From IMG/VR virus record IMGVR_UViG_3300031787_000017: DNA of 64,000 nucleotides; one strand, given 5' to 3'. The notes beneath the pieces are model-generated. The model was not told the DNA's origin, made no database searches, and saw only the letters and a list, made by a program, of their open reading frames with translations. This document shows positions 28,580 through 37,594 of the stretch, in pieces (positions within the stretch are counted from its first letter, which is position 1; every line of letters starts with the position of its first letter). A program made the position numbers and the translations under genes. This stretch comes from an uncultured virus (IMG/VR IMGVR_UViG_3300031787_000017). Lineage: Duplodnaviria; Heunggongvirae; Uroviricota; Caudoviricetes.

Positions 28580-29338
28580 CTACATTAAAAAACATTTAGG
28601 TTTTGGGCAAACGCCATCGGTTTTTATTCTATAACAACAGTTATATAAATCTAAGTTTGGCGCATAGAGAAAATATTTATCTTTATACAAACAAGGTTTC
28701 CCAAAAGTATTAAAGTTTGAATCTAACCACAATTCACTGCGTTGACGACCAAACCTATCGATATCCTCAAAATTAATTATCTTTTTATAAATCGAATTGT
28801 TTTTCAATGATTGATATTGTGAAAGTAAAGTATCACTATAACCATCTCCAAAGTCGGTAACTGGAGTCAAAAATAAATTGTCATGTGAAAAAGATTTTTT
28901 TATAGCAAAATAATAATCTATAGCTTCTTTTCCTGTGTACATAACATCTATGATTTTAATATTGACTTCAGTTTCTTTTAATCCGTCAACTATATCTTTT
29001 ATTGATGTTTCTGTTGGATGAATACTAATATTAACTTTAAAAGGTTCTTTTATTTGTTCGATTATTTTTCGACTGTAATTACTAAAGTTTGTTTGTATAA
29101 CAAAAGGTATACTAAATTCATTAAAAGTTTTTATTATAAATTCTATTTTAGGATGAACAAATGGTTCCCCACCGAACACAAAAATCTCTACATTAGGATA
29201 TTTTTCTCCTAAAGTTTTTATAAAACTTTTTATTTTTTCTTCATCCAATTCTGGTCTTATACTGGGGTCCAAATTCGTACAATATACGCATTTATAATTA
29301 CACTTAAGTGTAATTTCCCATTCAACAATTTTATTCAT
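28580..29338 (-). CDS. Radical SAM protein with twitch-like C-terminal Cys domain
   Basis: WEITLKCNYKCVYC, FGGEPFVHP, QTN; C-terminal GKPC...YNCC...VCPKPKC. Confidence 0.9.
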   Translation of the reverse strand: MNKIVEWEITLKCNYKCVYCTNLDPSIRPELDEEKIKSFIKTLGEKYPNVEIFVFGGEPFVHPKIEFIIKTFNEFSIPFVIQTNFSNYSRKIIEQIKEPFKVNISIHPTETSIKDIVDGLKETEVNIKIIDVMYTGKEAIDYYFAIKKSFSHDNLFLTPVTDFGDGYSDTLLSQYQSLKNNSIYKKIINFEDIDRFGRQRSELWLDSNFNTFGKPCLYKDKYFLYAPNLDLYNCCYRIKTDGVCPKPKCFLM

Positions 29339-30233
29339 TTTTTATTTTTAATTGTTTTAAAAGACCATCACAATTACAAGCTTTATGTGGACAAATCATA
29401 GGAATAGTTTTCGTAATATTTTTAAAAAAATCTCTATTACTTAAAAGATTCACATTATCAGTTTTAGGCATACAAAATTTTACTACGTTGCCTTTAACAT
29501 CAATTTCATAATTATTATTGTAACAACTCCATCCCTTGAAGTTTGTCATCTTATCTCTAAAGATAATATAGTCATTAAAAAAATCGTCATCATATTTGAG
29601 TTCTTTTTCATAAGACTCTAAAAAAGAAAAATATTCCCAAAAATCTTTTCTATAATTAAACAATTTTGTAATACTGTTGCCGTATAAAAAATGTGGATGC
29701 ACTTTTAAATTAGGTATTTTTTCTAAAGTTTCAAACATGTTTTTTATTTTTGGCCAAAGTTTTTTATCATGATGTAACATTACATTAACTTTACACTTAT
29801 AACCTCTATTCAACATGTGATTTATATTATTTAAAAATCTATTTTCGTCAGTACAATCAGCTGGGTGATAACTAAACAAAAATGCCAGTCTATCATAATC
29901 TGGGTGAGTTGTCAAATCTTTTTCAGCATTAGTAACAACATATACCCAATTAAATTTTTCCATTTTACTAATTGAATCTAAAATATAATAGTAATGTGGA
30001 CCTAGAGTTGGTTCACCACCTAATAATCCAAGATTAAAATTTAGACTGCTTCGATTTAGAGCGTCCAAAACTGCATCTATTACTGTTTTGCTCGATAACT
30101 TACCCCATTCTTTACCATATTCATTTCTAGCGTAACAATAAGAACATTTAAGTTGACAGATAGTTAAACTGTCCCAATGAATATTAATGTGATCTGGATC
30201 TTGATCTTTATGATGTTGTATTTTATACTTCAT
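29331..30233 (-). CDS. Radical SAM protein with twitch-like C-terminal Cys domain
   Basis: CQLKCSYC, LGGEPTL, VTN, FSYHP; C-terminal FKGWSC...KFC...ICPHKACNC. Confidence 0.9.
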   Translation of the reverse strand: MKYKIQHHKDQDPDHINIHWDSLTICQLKCSYCYARNEYGKEWGKLSSKTVIDAVLDALNRSSLNFNLGLLGGEPTLGPHYYYILDSISKMEKFNWVYVVTNAEKDLTTHPDYDRLAFLFSYHPADCTDENRFLNNINHMLNRGYKCKVNVMLHHDKKLWPKIKNMFETLEKIPNLKVHPHFLYGNSITKLFNYRKDFWEYFSFLESYEKELKYDDDFFNDYIIFRDKMTNFKGWSCYNNNYEIDVKGNVVKFCMPKTDNVNLLSNRDFFKNITKTIPMICPHKACNCDGLLKQLKIKNE

Positions 30234-30894
30234 ATTTTTTTAAAAAATCTAAAGACGAGGTTATGTTTATATCTTTTTTTGTGTCTGGAAAAGATATATT
30301 ATCATTCCCATCTTTTGTCTGATAAAAAAACACTTTACCAGTAGTTCTAAATGATTTAGAGTTACCTGAAGCGTGATAAACTAATCTGATATCATTATGT
30401 ATATTGTTGTCTTTACCAAATAAAAAATCACCTATAACTTCTTTATTAAATATAAATTGTCCTAATTGTAGATGTTCAAGATTCAATTTATTTAAAAAAT
30501 CAATTTTGTTGTTAATATTTTCGTCTTTAAACATATTTACTATTTCTAATAAATTGTCAGGTTTGTAAGTTGGATAGTAATTTCCTGCTATTATATCAGA
30601 ATCAAATTCTTGATTAAAAAAATCATTTCTCAAATAATCATCATCTTCCAAAAAATAGATATATTTACCTTTTGATTGTAAAAATAAAAATTCGTATATA
30701 CTTGATAAGTTATCAAATTTTTTATAAAAATATTTGACATTAGGATTTAAAATTTCTTCAATATCACAACTATCATTATTTACAATAATTTCTGTTTGGG
30801 GTGTTATTTGAGATAAAACCGATTTTATACATCTATCGAATAAAGTGGGTCTTTTGTGGGTTAATAATAAAATAGAAAGTTCAACATTTAACAT
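30223..30894 (-). CDS. Glycosyltransferase family 2 (GT-A)
   Basis: SILLLTHKRP...CIKSVLSQ...IIVNND and GKYIYFLEDDD (DxD) motifs. Confidence 0.85.
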   Translation of the reverse strand: MLNVELSILLLTHKRPTLFDRCIKSVLSQITPQTEIIVNNDSCDIEEILNPNVKYFYKKFDNLSSIYEFLFLQSKGKYIYFLEDDDYLRNDFFNQEFDSDIIAGNYYPTYKPDNLLEIVNMFKDENINNKIDFLNKLNLEHLQLGQFIFNKEVIGDFLFGKDNNIHNDIRLVYHASGNSKSFRTTGKVFFYQTKDGNDNISFPDTKKDINITSSLDFLKKYEV

Positions 30895-31880
30895 ACAATT
30901 TTTATCTTCTCACCCAAGATAGGATTAAGATTGACCTTTCCTTTTAGTTCATTTTCTACACCATCACAAACATAAAAATATTTACATTTTAAACATTCTT
31001 CAGTTTTAAAACAACTATAAATTCTCAAACGATCTGCTTCAGAAAAACACTGATCCACTTTTTGTTCATGTGTGTAAGAAATTTTAGTATTTAAAGTTTC
31101 ATTATAAACTGCTTTATTCCAATCCTTCATATCATATATGTGATGATAATGATTTTTTATATACTTTTCTTTTGATGGCATGAAGCAGTAAGGAAAATAT
31201 CTAGCGTTTACTTCAACAAAATCTTTTAATTGATCAATATAATCAGATACATGTGAACAAATAATTTCATAATTTATAGGTTGAAAATCTTTATTGTCTC
31301 TCCAATAATTTAAAGCTATAAAATTTACCTGTGAAGGGCTTAAAGACTTTATAAATGAGGTATCTATTTTATCAAAGTTTTCATGATATATTGTTGTGTT
31401 TAACCTAACTTCGATATTTAATTTGTGTGAGTTTTCGACAGCTTTAATTAAATTATTAAAAGCTCCTTTTTTACCTACAATTTTGTCATGAATATTTTCA
31501 TCCGTACAATGCAAACTAAAAAGTATTTCTCTTAATCCTAAATCATAACTTTTTCTTATAAAATCTTCATCACTAAATTTTCCTCCATGACTAAGGCAAC
31601 TGATTCTATCGAATTTATTTCGACAGTAATTTAATATATTAAACCAGTTTGGTTCAACGCTACTTTCACCACCACTTAGATCGATTTCTCTTATGCCATA
31701 ATCAAGTAAATAATCTATTCTTTTGTATATTTTTTCAAGTTCATCTCTTTCAGTCAAACTATTTTTATAGTAACAAAATTCACATTTATAATTACAAAGT
31801 TTACCTGTGTCCAATTTAGCCCTACTATTAATAGGTCTATTATAATCAACAGTAACTTTATTAACACTTAATTTGTTCAT
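30888..31880 (-). CDS. Radical SAM protein with C-terminal CxxCxxxxxC motif
   Basis: CNYKCEFC, LSGGE, HDKIVGKKGAF, FPYC and C-terminal CLKCKYFYVCDG; ATG at 31880 preferred over TTG at 31883. Confidence 0.9.
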   Translation of the reverse strand: MNKLSVNKVTVDYNRPINSRAKLDTGKLCNYKCEFCYYKNSLTERDELEKIYKRIDYLLDYGIREIDLSGGESSVEPNWFNILNYCRNKFDRISCLSHGGKFSDEDFIRKSYDLGLREILFSLHCTDENIHDKIVGKKGAFNNLIKAVENSHKLNIEVRLNTTIYHENFDKIDTSFIKSLSPSQVNFIALNYWRDNKDFQPINYEIICSHVSDYIDQLKDFVEVNARYFPYCFMPSKEKYIKNHYHHIYDMKDWNKAVYNETLNTKISYTHEQKVDQCFSEADRLRIYSCFKTEECLKCKYFYVCDGVENELKGKVNLNPILGEKIKIVC

Positions 31881-32739
31881 CAATGTACTTTATTAAAAGG
31901 TCATCTTTTGTTAGGGACGTGTTTTGAATACCATCTTTTTTCCTAACTTCCAGTGCCTTATCATAATAATCTACATCATAAATAATTTCTTTATCATAAT
32001 ACATACACTCCAAAATAAATCTACTAGAACAATCTTTTTTACCTGGCAGTTTGGTATAAACATATGTAGAAAACTTGTTCCACATATCAGGCACAGGAAC
32101 TTTATATGTATTAAAATTTTGGTATAATTCTGGTTTATTCGTAAAAATTATACTATCTTTAATTGAATATTTATTGATGACTTCAGTTAAATCTTCTTGT
32201 GGTAAGAATCGACTAACATCAGTTAAATAAAACATGGAAGAGTTTTCAATTTTTCCATCTATAGTTTTGAATTTAGAATATAAAATTTTCTTTTTATAAT
32301 CTATAACATTTAGTCCTTCTGGTATATCATCATATATCTCAAAATCTTGAAATAGATGGCTTGAAAATTTTTTATTTGAATAATAACTGAAATCTTTCTC
32401 ATGACATCTTAAAAGAAAAAAGTTGTCACAATAAATTTCAGAATTATTAAACTTGGAATATCCGTCAACTATTAATAAATTTTTCGTTAATAATAGTTTT
32501 GGATAAGGATGATAGACTAAATTTTCAATGGTTAAATCATGGTATTTCGATTTTAAAGCTATATTGAATTCTTCAATAGTCGTACCATCAGACAATAATA
32601 TACAAGGATTTAAATTTGTCCAATTTTTTATAGCCCAATAGTATTCAATCATTTCAAATAAATGGCCACAAATACCAAATTTAAAGTTATATGAAGTGGT
32701 TATTACCAAATCATAACTTCTCAAATTAATTAAAGACAC
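31861..32739 (-). CDS. Hypothetical protein, possibly GT-B glycosyltransferase-like
   Basis: 292-aa ORF; C-terminal YVYT...DCSSRFILECMYYDKEIIY resembles the GT-B donor-binding (D/E)-x7-E segment. Confidence 0.45.
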   Translation of the reverse strand: MSLINLRSYDLVITTSYNFKFGICGHLFEMIEYYWAIKNWTNLNPCILLSDGTTIEEFNIALKSKYHDLTIENLVYHPYPKLLLTKNLLIVDGYSKFNNSEIYCDNFFLLRCHEKDFSYYSNKKFSSHLFQDFEIYDDIPEGLNVIDYKKKILYSKFKTIDGKIENSSMFYLTDVSRFLPQEDLTEVINKYSIKDSIIFTNKPELYQNFNTYKVPVPDMWNKFSTYVYTKLPGKKDCSSRFILECMYYDKEIIYDVDYYDKALEVRKKDGIQNTSLTKDDLLIKYIDEQIKC

Positions 32740-32745
32740 TTAAAA

Positions 32746-33849
32746 TTATTTCAAAATAATTTGATCTATACTAAGTGGATTGTATCCTAGATACTCAAAA
32801 AAGTTTTTTGGAACTTGATTTACAACATCTTGTTTTAAATTGTTGTCTAAAATATTTTTAACATATTCAGATTTTAGTACATCAAAAAATAAATTTAAAT
32901 TTTGATTCAAGTCAAAATTTGAAAAAATTTCTTGAAAATTGTCGATAGAGAAATTTTCTATAGATGAAGATTCGCATTTAAATAATTCAAATTCGTTTAT
33001 AATACTATTATAATTTGATAATTGATTTCTCAAAAAAATTTCTTTGTCGTCAAGTAAAAATTTTTCGTTTTTTAAATAATCTTCATATTTAATATTGATT
33101 ACATTTGGTAAAGATTTTACTAATACCATATTAAAGATAGAAAAAATAAAATTTTTAAACTTATTATTTTTTTTAATATAATCTTCTTCATACCTTATTG
33201 CATCAAAATTATAATCTAAATTATTTATGAAAGAGCAAACACTAGGATTTCTTATAATATTTAAAACTCTAACATTTTCTTCTCCTAGTTCTTCTTTAAC
33301 TTTTTGTATAAAAGATGGTGAAAATATTCCTGTCCATATATTATATGAATTTTTTTCTTTAAAAGAATTTAAGATATTCTGATACTCTAACGCATTGGAT
33401 ATTAAAATTTTTTTAATATCTTCATTAGAATAAATATCTTTATACCTAGAGTTTGATTGTAGATTTGTTATTTCATCTTCCATTAAAACAAAAGATTCAA
33501 GATTGTAAAAAAAACTATCAAGATTGGTAGTTATCCAAGAAACTTCAATATGGTTTTCATTAAAAATTTTATCTGTTAGTTCAATATTAAATTCTTCTAT
33601 CCTTTGTATTAAAGAATAATTTTTTTGTTTTAATTCATCATCTTCAACATTCAGTAAACCATAATTTATTTTTCCTAAAGATTCATTATTACAATATACA
33701 TTTTTTTGTTCAGAATCAAAAATTATAAAATCATCGTTTCTATATTTTACGGTATATTCATCAAATTCCCAAACTTTTTCGGCGTCAAGAATACTTCTAG
33801 ATATGTATTTTAGATTTACAGTTTTAGGACCATTTATTAAGGTTATCAA
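32746..33849 (-). CDS. Hypothetical protein, sulfotransferase-like P-loop fold
   Basis: N-terminal LINGPKT, NIIRNPS and INIKYEDY echo sulfotransferase motifs; TTG start. Confidence 0.5.
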   Translation of the reverse strand: MITLINGPKTVNLKYISRSILDAEKVWEFDEYTVKYRNDDFIIFDSEQKNVYCNNESLGKINYGLLNVEDDELKQKNYSLIQRIEEFNIELTDKIFNENHIEVSWITTNLDSFFYNLESFVLMEDEITNLQSNSRYKDIYSNEDIKKILISNALEYQNILNSFKEKNSYNIWTGIFSPSFIQKVKEELGEENVRVLNIIRNPSVCSFINNLDYNFDAIRYEEDYIKKNNKFKNFIFSIFNMVLVKSLPNVINIKYEDYLKNEKFLLDDKEIFLRNQLSNYNSIINEFELFKCESSSIENFSIDNFQEIFSNFDLNQNLNLFFDVLKSEYVKNILDNNLKQDVVNQVPKNFFEYLGYNPLSIDQIILK

Positions 33850-33851
33850 AA

Positions 33852-34271
33852 TTATCTCCTTAAGTAAGACTCAATAATTTCATTAACACTTTTCTCATCA
33901 TTTAAATCTGGTAAAACTTTTAATTTATCAATTATATTATAAAATTCGTCTTTTTTTTCTTGTAATTGTTTAATTGAATCCATAAGGTTGATATATTTTT
34001 CCAACTTATTAATAAGTTCAACATCGCCTGTTTCTATAATTTTGATATAAACTTCTTCTCTAAGTTCTTCGGTTATGATGTATCCCTTTGAAGCCAGTTC
34101 ATTGTTAATAGTCATAAAACTGACGAAATCCAATAATTTAAACGTCAAAAGTTCATCACCAAAAATTCCTCTAGCTTTTGTTTTACATGCTAGAGCAGCT
34201 TTACCCGCATAAGTATTCGCGTCTATACCTTCAATTTCAACTCGTTTTTCTTCCATAAAATTTATCTCCAC
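33852..34271 (-). CDS. Hypothetical helical protein
   Basis: 139-aa ORF directly downstream of the Cys-repeat gene; the true start may be the ATG a few codons in (MEEK), which follows GGAGA. Confidence 0.7.
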   Translation of the reverse strand: MEINFMEEKRVEIEGIDANTYAGKAALACKTKARGIFGDELLTFKLLDFVSFMTINNELASKGYIITEELREEVYIKIIETGDVELINKLEKYINLMDSIKQLQEKKDEFYNIIDKLKVLPDLNDEKSVNEIIESYLRR

Positions 34272-34280
34272 TATTAATAA

Positions 34281-35207
34281 TTATTTAATCTCAAAAGGAA
34301 GTTCAGAATAATTAACCATATAAAAACCATTTTTGGTCATATAAACAGCATTAGAATATTTTGTTTTTAGAAGTTCTTGGGCCATAACACCGACAAAAGT
34401 CTCATTACTCCAAATATAAGAAAAACTGTAAACATTAATTCCAAAAATATTCTTCAAATATTTAATATTCCTTTTCAATCGTCTGTCACTATAATTACAA
34501 TTGCATGTGCAAGAATAATTGCAGTTACATGTACAATAATTACAGTTACATGTACAATAATTACAGTTACATAAACATACTGCGCCAGCATCTTTTACTT
34601 TTTTAATTAAAGCATTAATGTCTGTCGCACTTATTCTAGTTGATAGTTGTGCGTTATTAGTGGTAGATATACCGGCAAATCCAGTAACAAAACCTGCTAC
34701 CGAAATTGCAGGACCTCGGTCTACTTGTGGATTAGTAGTATTTGGTCCACCCCAGAGTTCAACACCACCAAAAGCTACAAATTGAGTGCCGTTAGGAAAA
34801 ATTCGTTGCGTTAATTGAGAACCCGAACTTACAACACTTTCTCCTCCGGATGACGATGTAGTTATGAGACCAAATGTCCTAGCTCCCGTTCTCTCTATCG
34901 AGGCTTTTAAATTATTTATTTGGGACGATGTTATGGAAGTGCCGGAACTGACAGTTGATCCTGACGGTGCAGAAAGTCCTCGCCTAGTACATTCAGACGC
35001 ATAAGCGGTTCTAATAGCATTTATTGATGCAGCCCCAATTAACGATCCTGCTGTAACATCAGTCAAAGAATAAGTTGTAGCAACTGCAGCGCCATTATAA
35101 ACGTTTGCTTTTACTATGTAGGTTCCACTAGCATCGTTGTCAGGGTTGTAACCCTTTGCATGACCAGAGGAAGCAGGAGGTCTTTTTTTGGAAGATGAAT
35201 ACGGCAT
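34281..35207 (-). CDS. Virion-like protein with a Cys-rich (CxCNCNY)x4 tract and C-terminal peptidase S74 intramolecular chaperone
   Basis: S/T/G/A-rich N-terminal region; CLCNCNY-CTCNCNY-CTCNCNY-S-CTCNCNY directly followed by SDRRLKRNI...GVMAQEL...VNYSEL, the S74 chaperone signature. Confidence 0.85.
   Translation of the reverse strand: MPYSSSKKRPPASSGHAKGYNPDNDASGTYIVKANVYNGAAVATTYSLTDVTAGSLIGAASINAIRTAYASECTRRGLSAPSGSTVSSGTSITSSQINNLKASIERTGARTFGLITTSSSGGESVVSSGSQLTQRIFPNGTQFVAFGGVELWGGPNTTNPQVDRGPAISVAGFVTGFAGISTTNNAQLSTRISATDINALIKKVKDAGAVCLCNCNYCTCNCNYCTCNCNYSCTCNCNYSDRRLKRNIKYLKNIFGINVYSFSYIWSNETFVGVMAQELLKTKYSNAVYMTKNGFYMVNYSELPFEIK
34491..34577 (-). repeat. 21-bp tandem repeat encoding four CxCNCNY heptads (12 Cys in 29 aa)
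   Basis: ataattacagttacatgtaca at 34536-34556, with variants at 34515-34535, 34557-34577 and 34491-34511. Confidence 0.95.
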
Positions 35208-35208
35208 A

Positions 35209-35589
35209 TTAAATCTCTTTTGATAAGAAGTTTAAATTATCTTTAACTTTATTTTCTTCTAAAAATTTTTCATAATCATCAACATCAACAGTAGATGATA
35301 AAAAGTCCATAGTTTCTTTATCGGGTTCTTTATCTGACAAAGAATCTTCTGAAGATTCTTTAATTATATACATCACCATTTCTTCTAAAGAAAAACCTAA
35401 AATGTTAGAAACAAGATTTATTTGATCGGAAATATCTAAAGTTCCTTTAAAGTCCTCTTTAGAAATAGTTTCCAGAACATTTATTGATAGACCTAATCCA
35501 TCCAATAATACTCTACCCGCAACATTATCTTCTTCAGATATCTCACCCATAAGTCTAATTATTTCTTCTATTTTTTCAGTGGTTTTCAT
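35209..35589 (-). CDS. Acidic hypothetical protein
   Basis: 126-aa D/E-rich ORF translationally coupled between a radical SAM gene and the Cys-repeat gene. Confidence 0.7.
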   Translation of the reverse strand: MKTTEKIEEIIRLMGEISEEDNVAGRVLLDGLGLSINVLETISKEDFKGTLDISDQINLVSNILGFSLEEMVMYIIKESSEDSLSDKEPDKETMDFLSSTVDVDDYEKFLEENKVKDNLNFLSKEI

Positions 35590-36449
35590 ACCAATTCCTT
35601 TTCTTTAAAATCTCGAAATTTTGGGGAACTCTCAATATTGAAATGTGTAGTAACATTTCCTTCGTCTGTAAAATACGTTTTAATTTCTTTTCTAATACTA
35701 CATCCGTCACAAATATCACAAAATAGAGAACATACAGGCGACTGAATCTCATTATTTATCCAACTTAACCTGAGATTTTCTTTCATAGAATCTAAAAGTT
35801 TTAAGTCTTTCTCACTCAAAGTATCCCAGGCGACAGAGGTTATAAGTCTCTCCGGCCTAAAAGTTTTGATTAGTTTAGTTATATCTTCGGAAGCTCGCCT
35901 TATATTCAATTTATGAATGGTATATCTTATTCGAAACCTGAAATTATTTTCCAATAACTTCTTAAATATCTTTACCATAAATGGTGTTGATTCCATACCA
36001 TTGTGAAAAACTCTGTCTTTATTACCAACTCCATCAAAACTCACATCTATAGATAATAACTTCTTCTTATAAAAAAAATTATTTTTAGTTACGTCTATGA
36101 AATCTTGGCTTAAATATTTAATACCATTTGTTGTCATATTAAAATGAACATTCTTCTTTTTACTATAGGCATAGTCCATAGCAAAACAAACATTTTCCCA
36201 TTCTAATGTTGGCTCTCCACCAAACAATACTATAAGAGTTTGCTGACTCGGATCCTCACGTTCTAAAATTTTATCAATACTTTTTACAATATCTTCTTTA
36301 CTTAAAATTTGCGGCGGTCTTCCTGGTAAATCTTCATAGCAATACGTGCAAGCTAAGTTGCATTTATTGGTAAAATATAATACATTTACACCAGATCCAG
36401 AAACTATTGGTTTATTAGGATCTTGTATGTAAAATTGTTCTACATTCAT
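35586..36449 (-). CDS. Radical SAM protein (anSME/peptide-maturase-like, short Cys tail)
   Basis: FTNKCNLACTYC, LFGGEPTL, MTTNG, VSFDG; C-terminal CSLFCDICDGC. Confidence 0.9.
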   Translation of the reverse strand: MNVEQFYIQDPNKPIVSGSGVNVLYFTNKCNLACTYCYEDLPGRPPQILSKEDIVKSIDKILEREDPSQQTLIVLFGGEPTLEWENVCFAMDYAYSKKKNVHFNMTTNGIKYLSQDFIDVTKNNFFYKKKLLSIDVSFDGVGNKDRVFHNGMESTPFMVKIFKKLLENNFRFRIRYTIHKLNIRRASEDITKLIKTFRPERLITSVAWDTLSEKDLKLLDSMKENLRLSWINNEIQSPVCSLFCDICDGCSIRKEIKTYFTDEGNVTTHFNIESSPKFRDFKEKELV

Positions 36450-36745
36450 TGTATTATCATTTTATGAGAATTTTTATATCTATTTTCTTTTGGACGTTTT
36501 TTAGCTTCTTCAATTATGTGTCGCATGTTGTCCAAAAATTTGATATAATCTAATTTGTAATCAAATAAATGTCCGGCTTCATTATATCCAACATATTTAC
36601 TATCAACTTTAGCTTTACCTTTTCTAGCTTCTTCAATCTGCACTGATAACTCATCAACAGGAATTACTTTGTTTGATGCATGTTCAACAGGTTGCATCTC
36701 AACCTTTATTGGTATAGATAATAAACTTTTAAAATTTTTTTTCAT
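36446..36745 (-). CDS. Hypothetical protein
   Basis: 99-aa ORF with overlapping start/stop codons on both sides, between radical SAM genes. Confidence 0.65.
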   Translation of the reverse strand: MKKNFKSLLSIPIKVEMQPVEHASNKVIPVDELSVQIEEARKGKAKVDSKYVGYNEAGHLFDYKLDYIKFLDNMRHIIEEAKKRPKENRYKNSHKMIIQ

Positions 36746-37593
36746 TAAATTTCCTTAGGATACATCATAAGTCCACCTTCACAAATTTCTTTCGGACAAA
36801 TAACTTTTTTTGTAATATCTTTTAAAGATAACGGCATAATTTCATTAGTGCAAACATTTTTAACCAAATTATCCAATTCTATTTGAAAAGATTCTGGCAC
36901 ACATTTATAATCTCTAAAAGAATTTTTTTTCTCATATAATAATTTTAAATCTGTTGTTCTTTCTTCCGAACCATCATCATATAAAACATTTATATCTATC
37001 ATATCTTCAGCATTAGAAGCTTCTGTAAAAAAATCTTGATCTAAGTTATTTGTGTAATATGGAGTATCAACTAAAAAATTTAATTTAAATTTAATATTAT
37101 TAGATTTACAGTTATCAATAATATTTAAAATATAGTTTTTATACTCTGGCATCATACTTATATGAACTTCACAATTTAGATTTTTACACTTTTTTAAAAA
37201 ATCCTCTTTGTGATATTCTGGATGAAAAGATGCATAATACTTAACTTTTGAAAAACTTTTTATACTTTTATAAAAAGTTTCCGATCTAGTCAAGTTGGTA
37301 AAAAAATAAATTTTTACCAAATTTTTAATTTCATTTAATCCTTCCAGTATTTCTTCAATATTTGGATGTAATGTTGGTTCACCACCAGTTAAACAAATCT
37401 CAAAAGGTTTAGAAATAGTTTTTAATCTACTTATTATTAACTTGTAACTTTGTGCAATCTGAGTCGTATCATTGTAATCATAACTTAAATTTTCCTTTAC
37501 ATTACAGTATGAACACTTCAAATTACACCAATTCAATATATGCCAGTTAATTCTAAGAATTTTATCTTGACTGGTGCAAGAAATAATTTTCAT
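36745..37593 (-). CDS. Radical SAM protein with twitch-like C-terminal Cys domain
   Basis: WCNLKCSYC, LTGGEPTLHP, FTN, ASFHPE; C-terminal FRDYKC...NVC...ICPKEIC. Confidence 0.9.
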   Translation of the reverse strand: MKIISCTSQDKILRINWHILNWCNLKCSYCNVKENLSYDYNDTTQIAQSYKLIISRLKTISKPFEICLTGGEPTLHPNIEEILEGLNEIKNLVKIYFFTNLTRSETFYKSIKSFSKVKYYASFHPEYHKEDFLKKCKNLNCEVHISMMPEYKNYILNIIDNCKSNNIKFKLNFLVDTPYYTNNLDQDFFTEASNAEDMIDINVLYDDGSEERTTDLKLLYEKKNSFRDYKCVPESFQIELDNLVKNVCTNEIMPLSLKDITKKVICPKEICEGGLMMYPKEI

Positions 37594-37594
37594 A

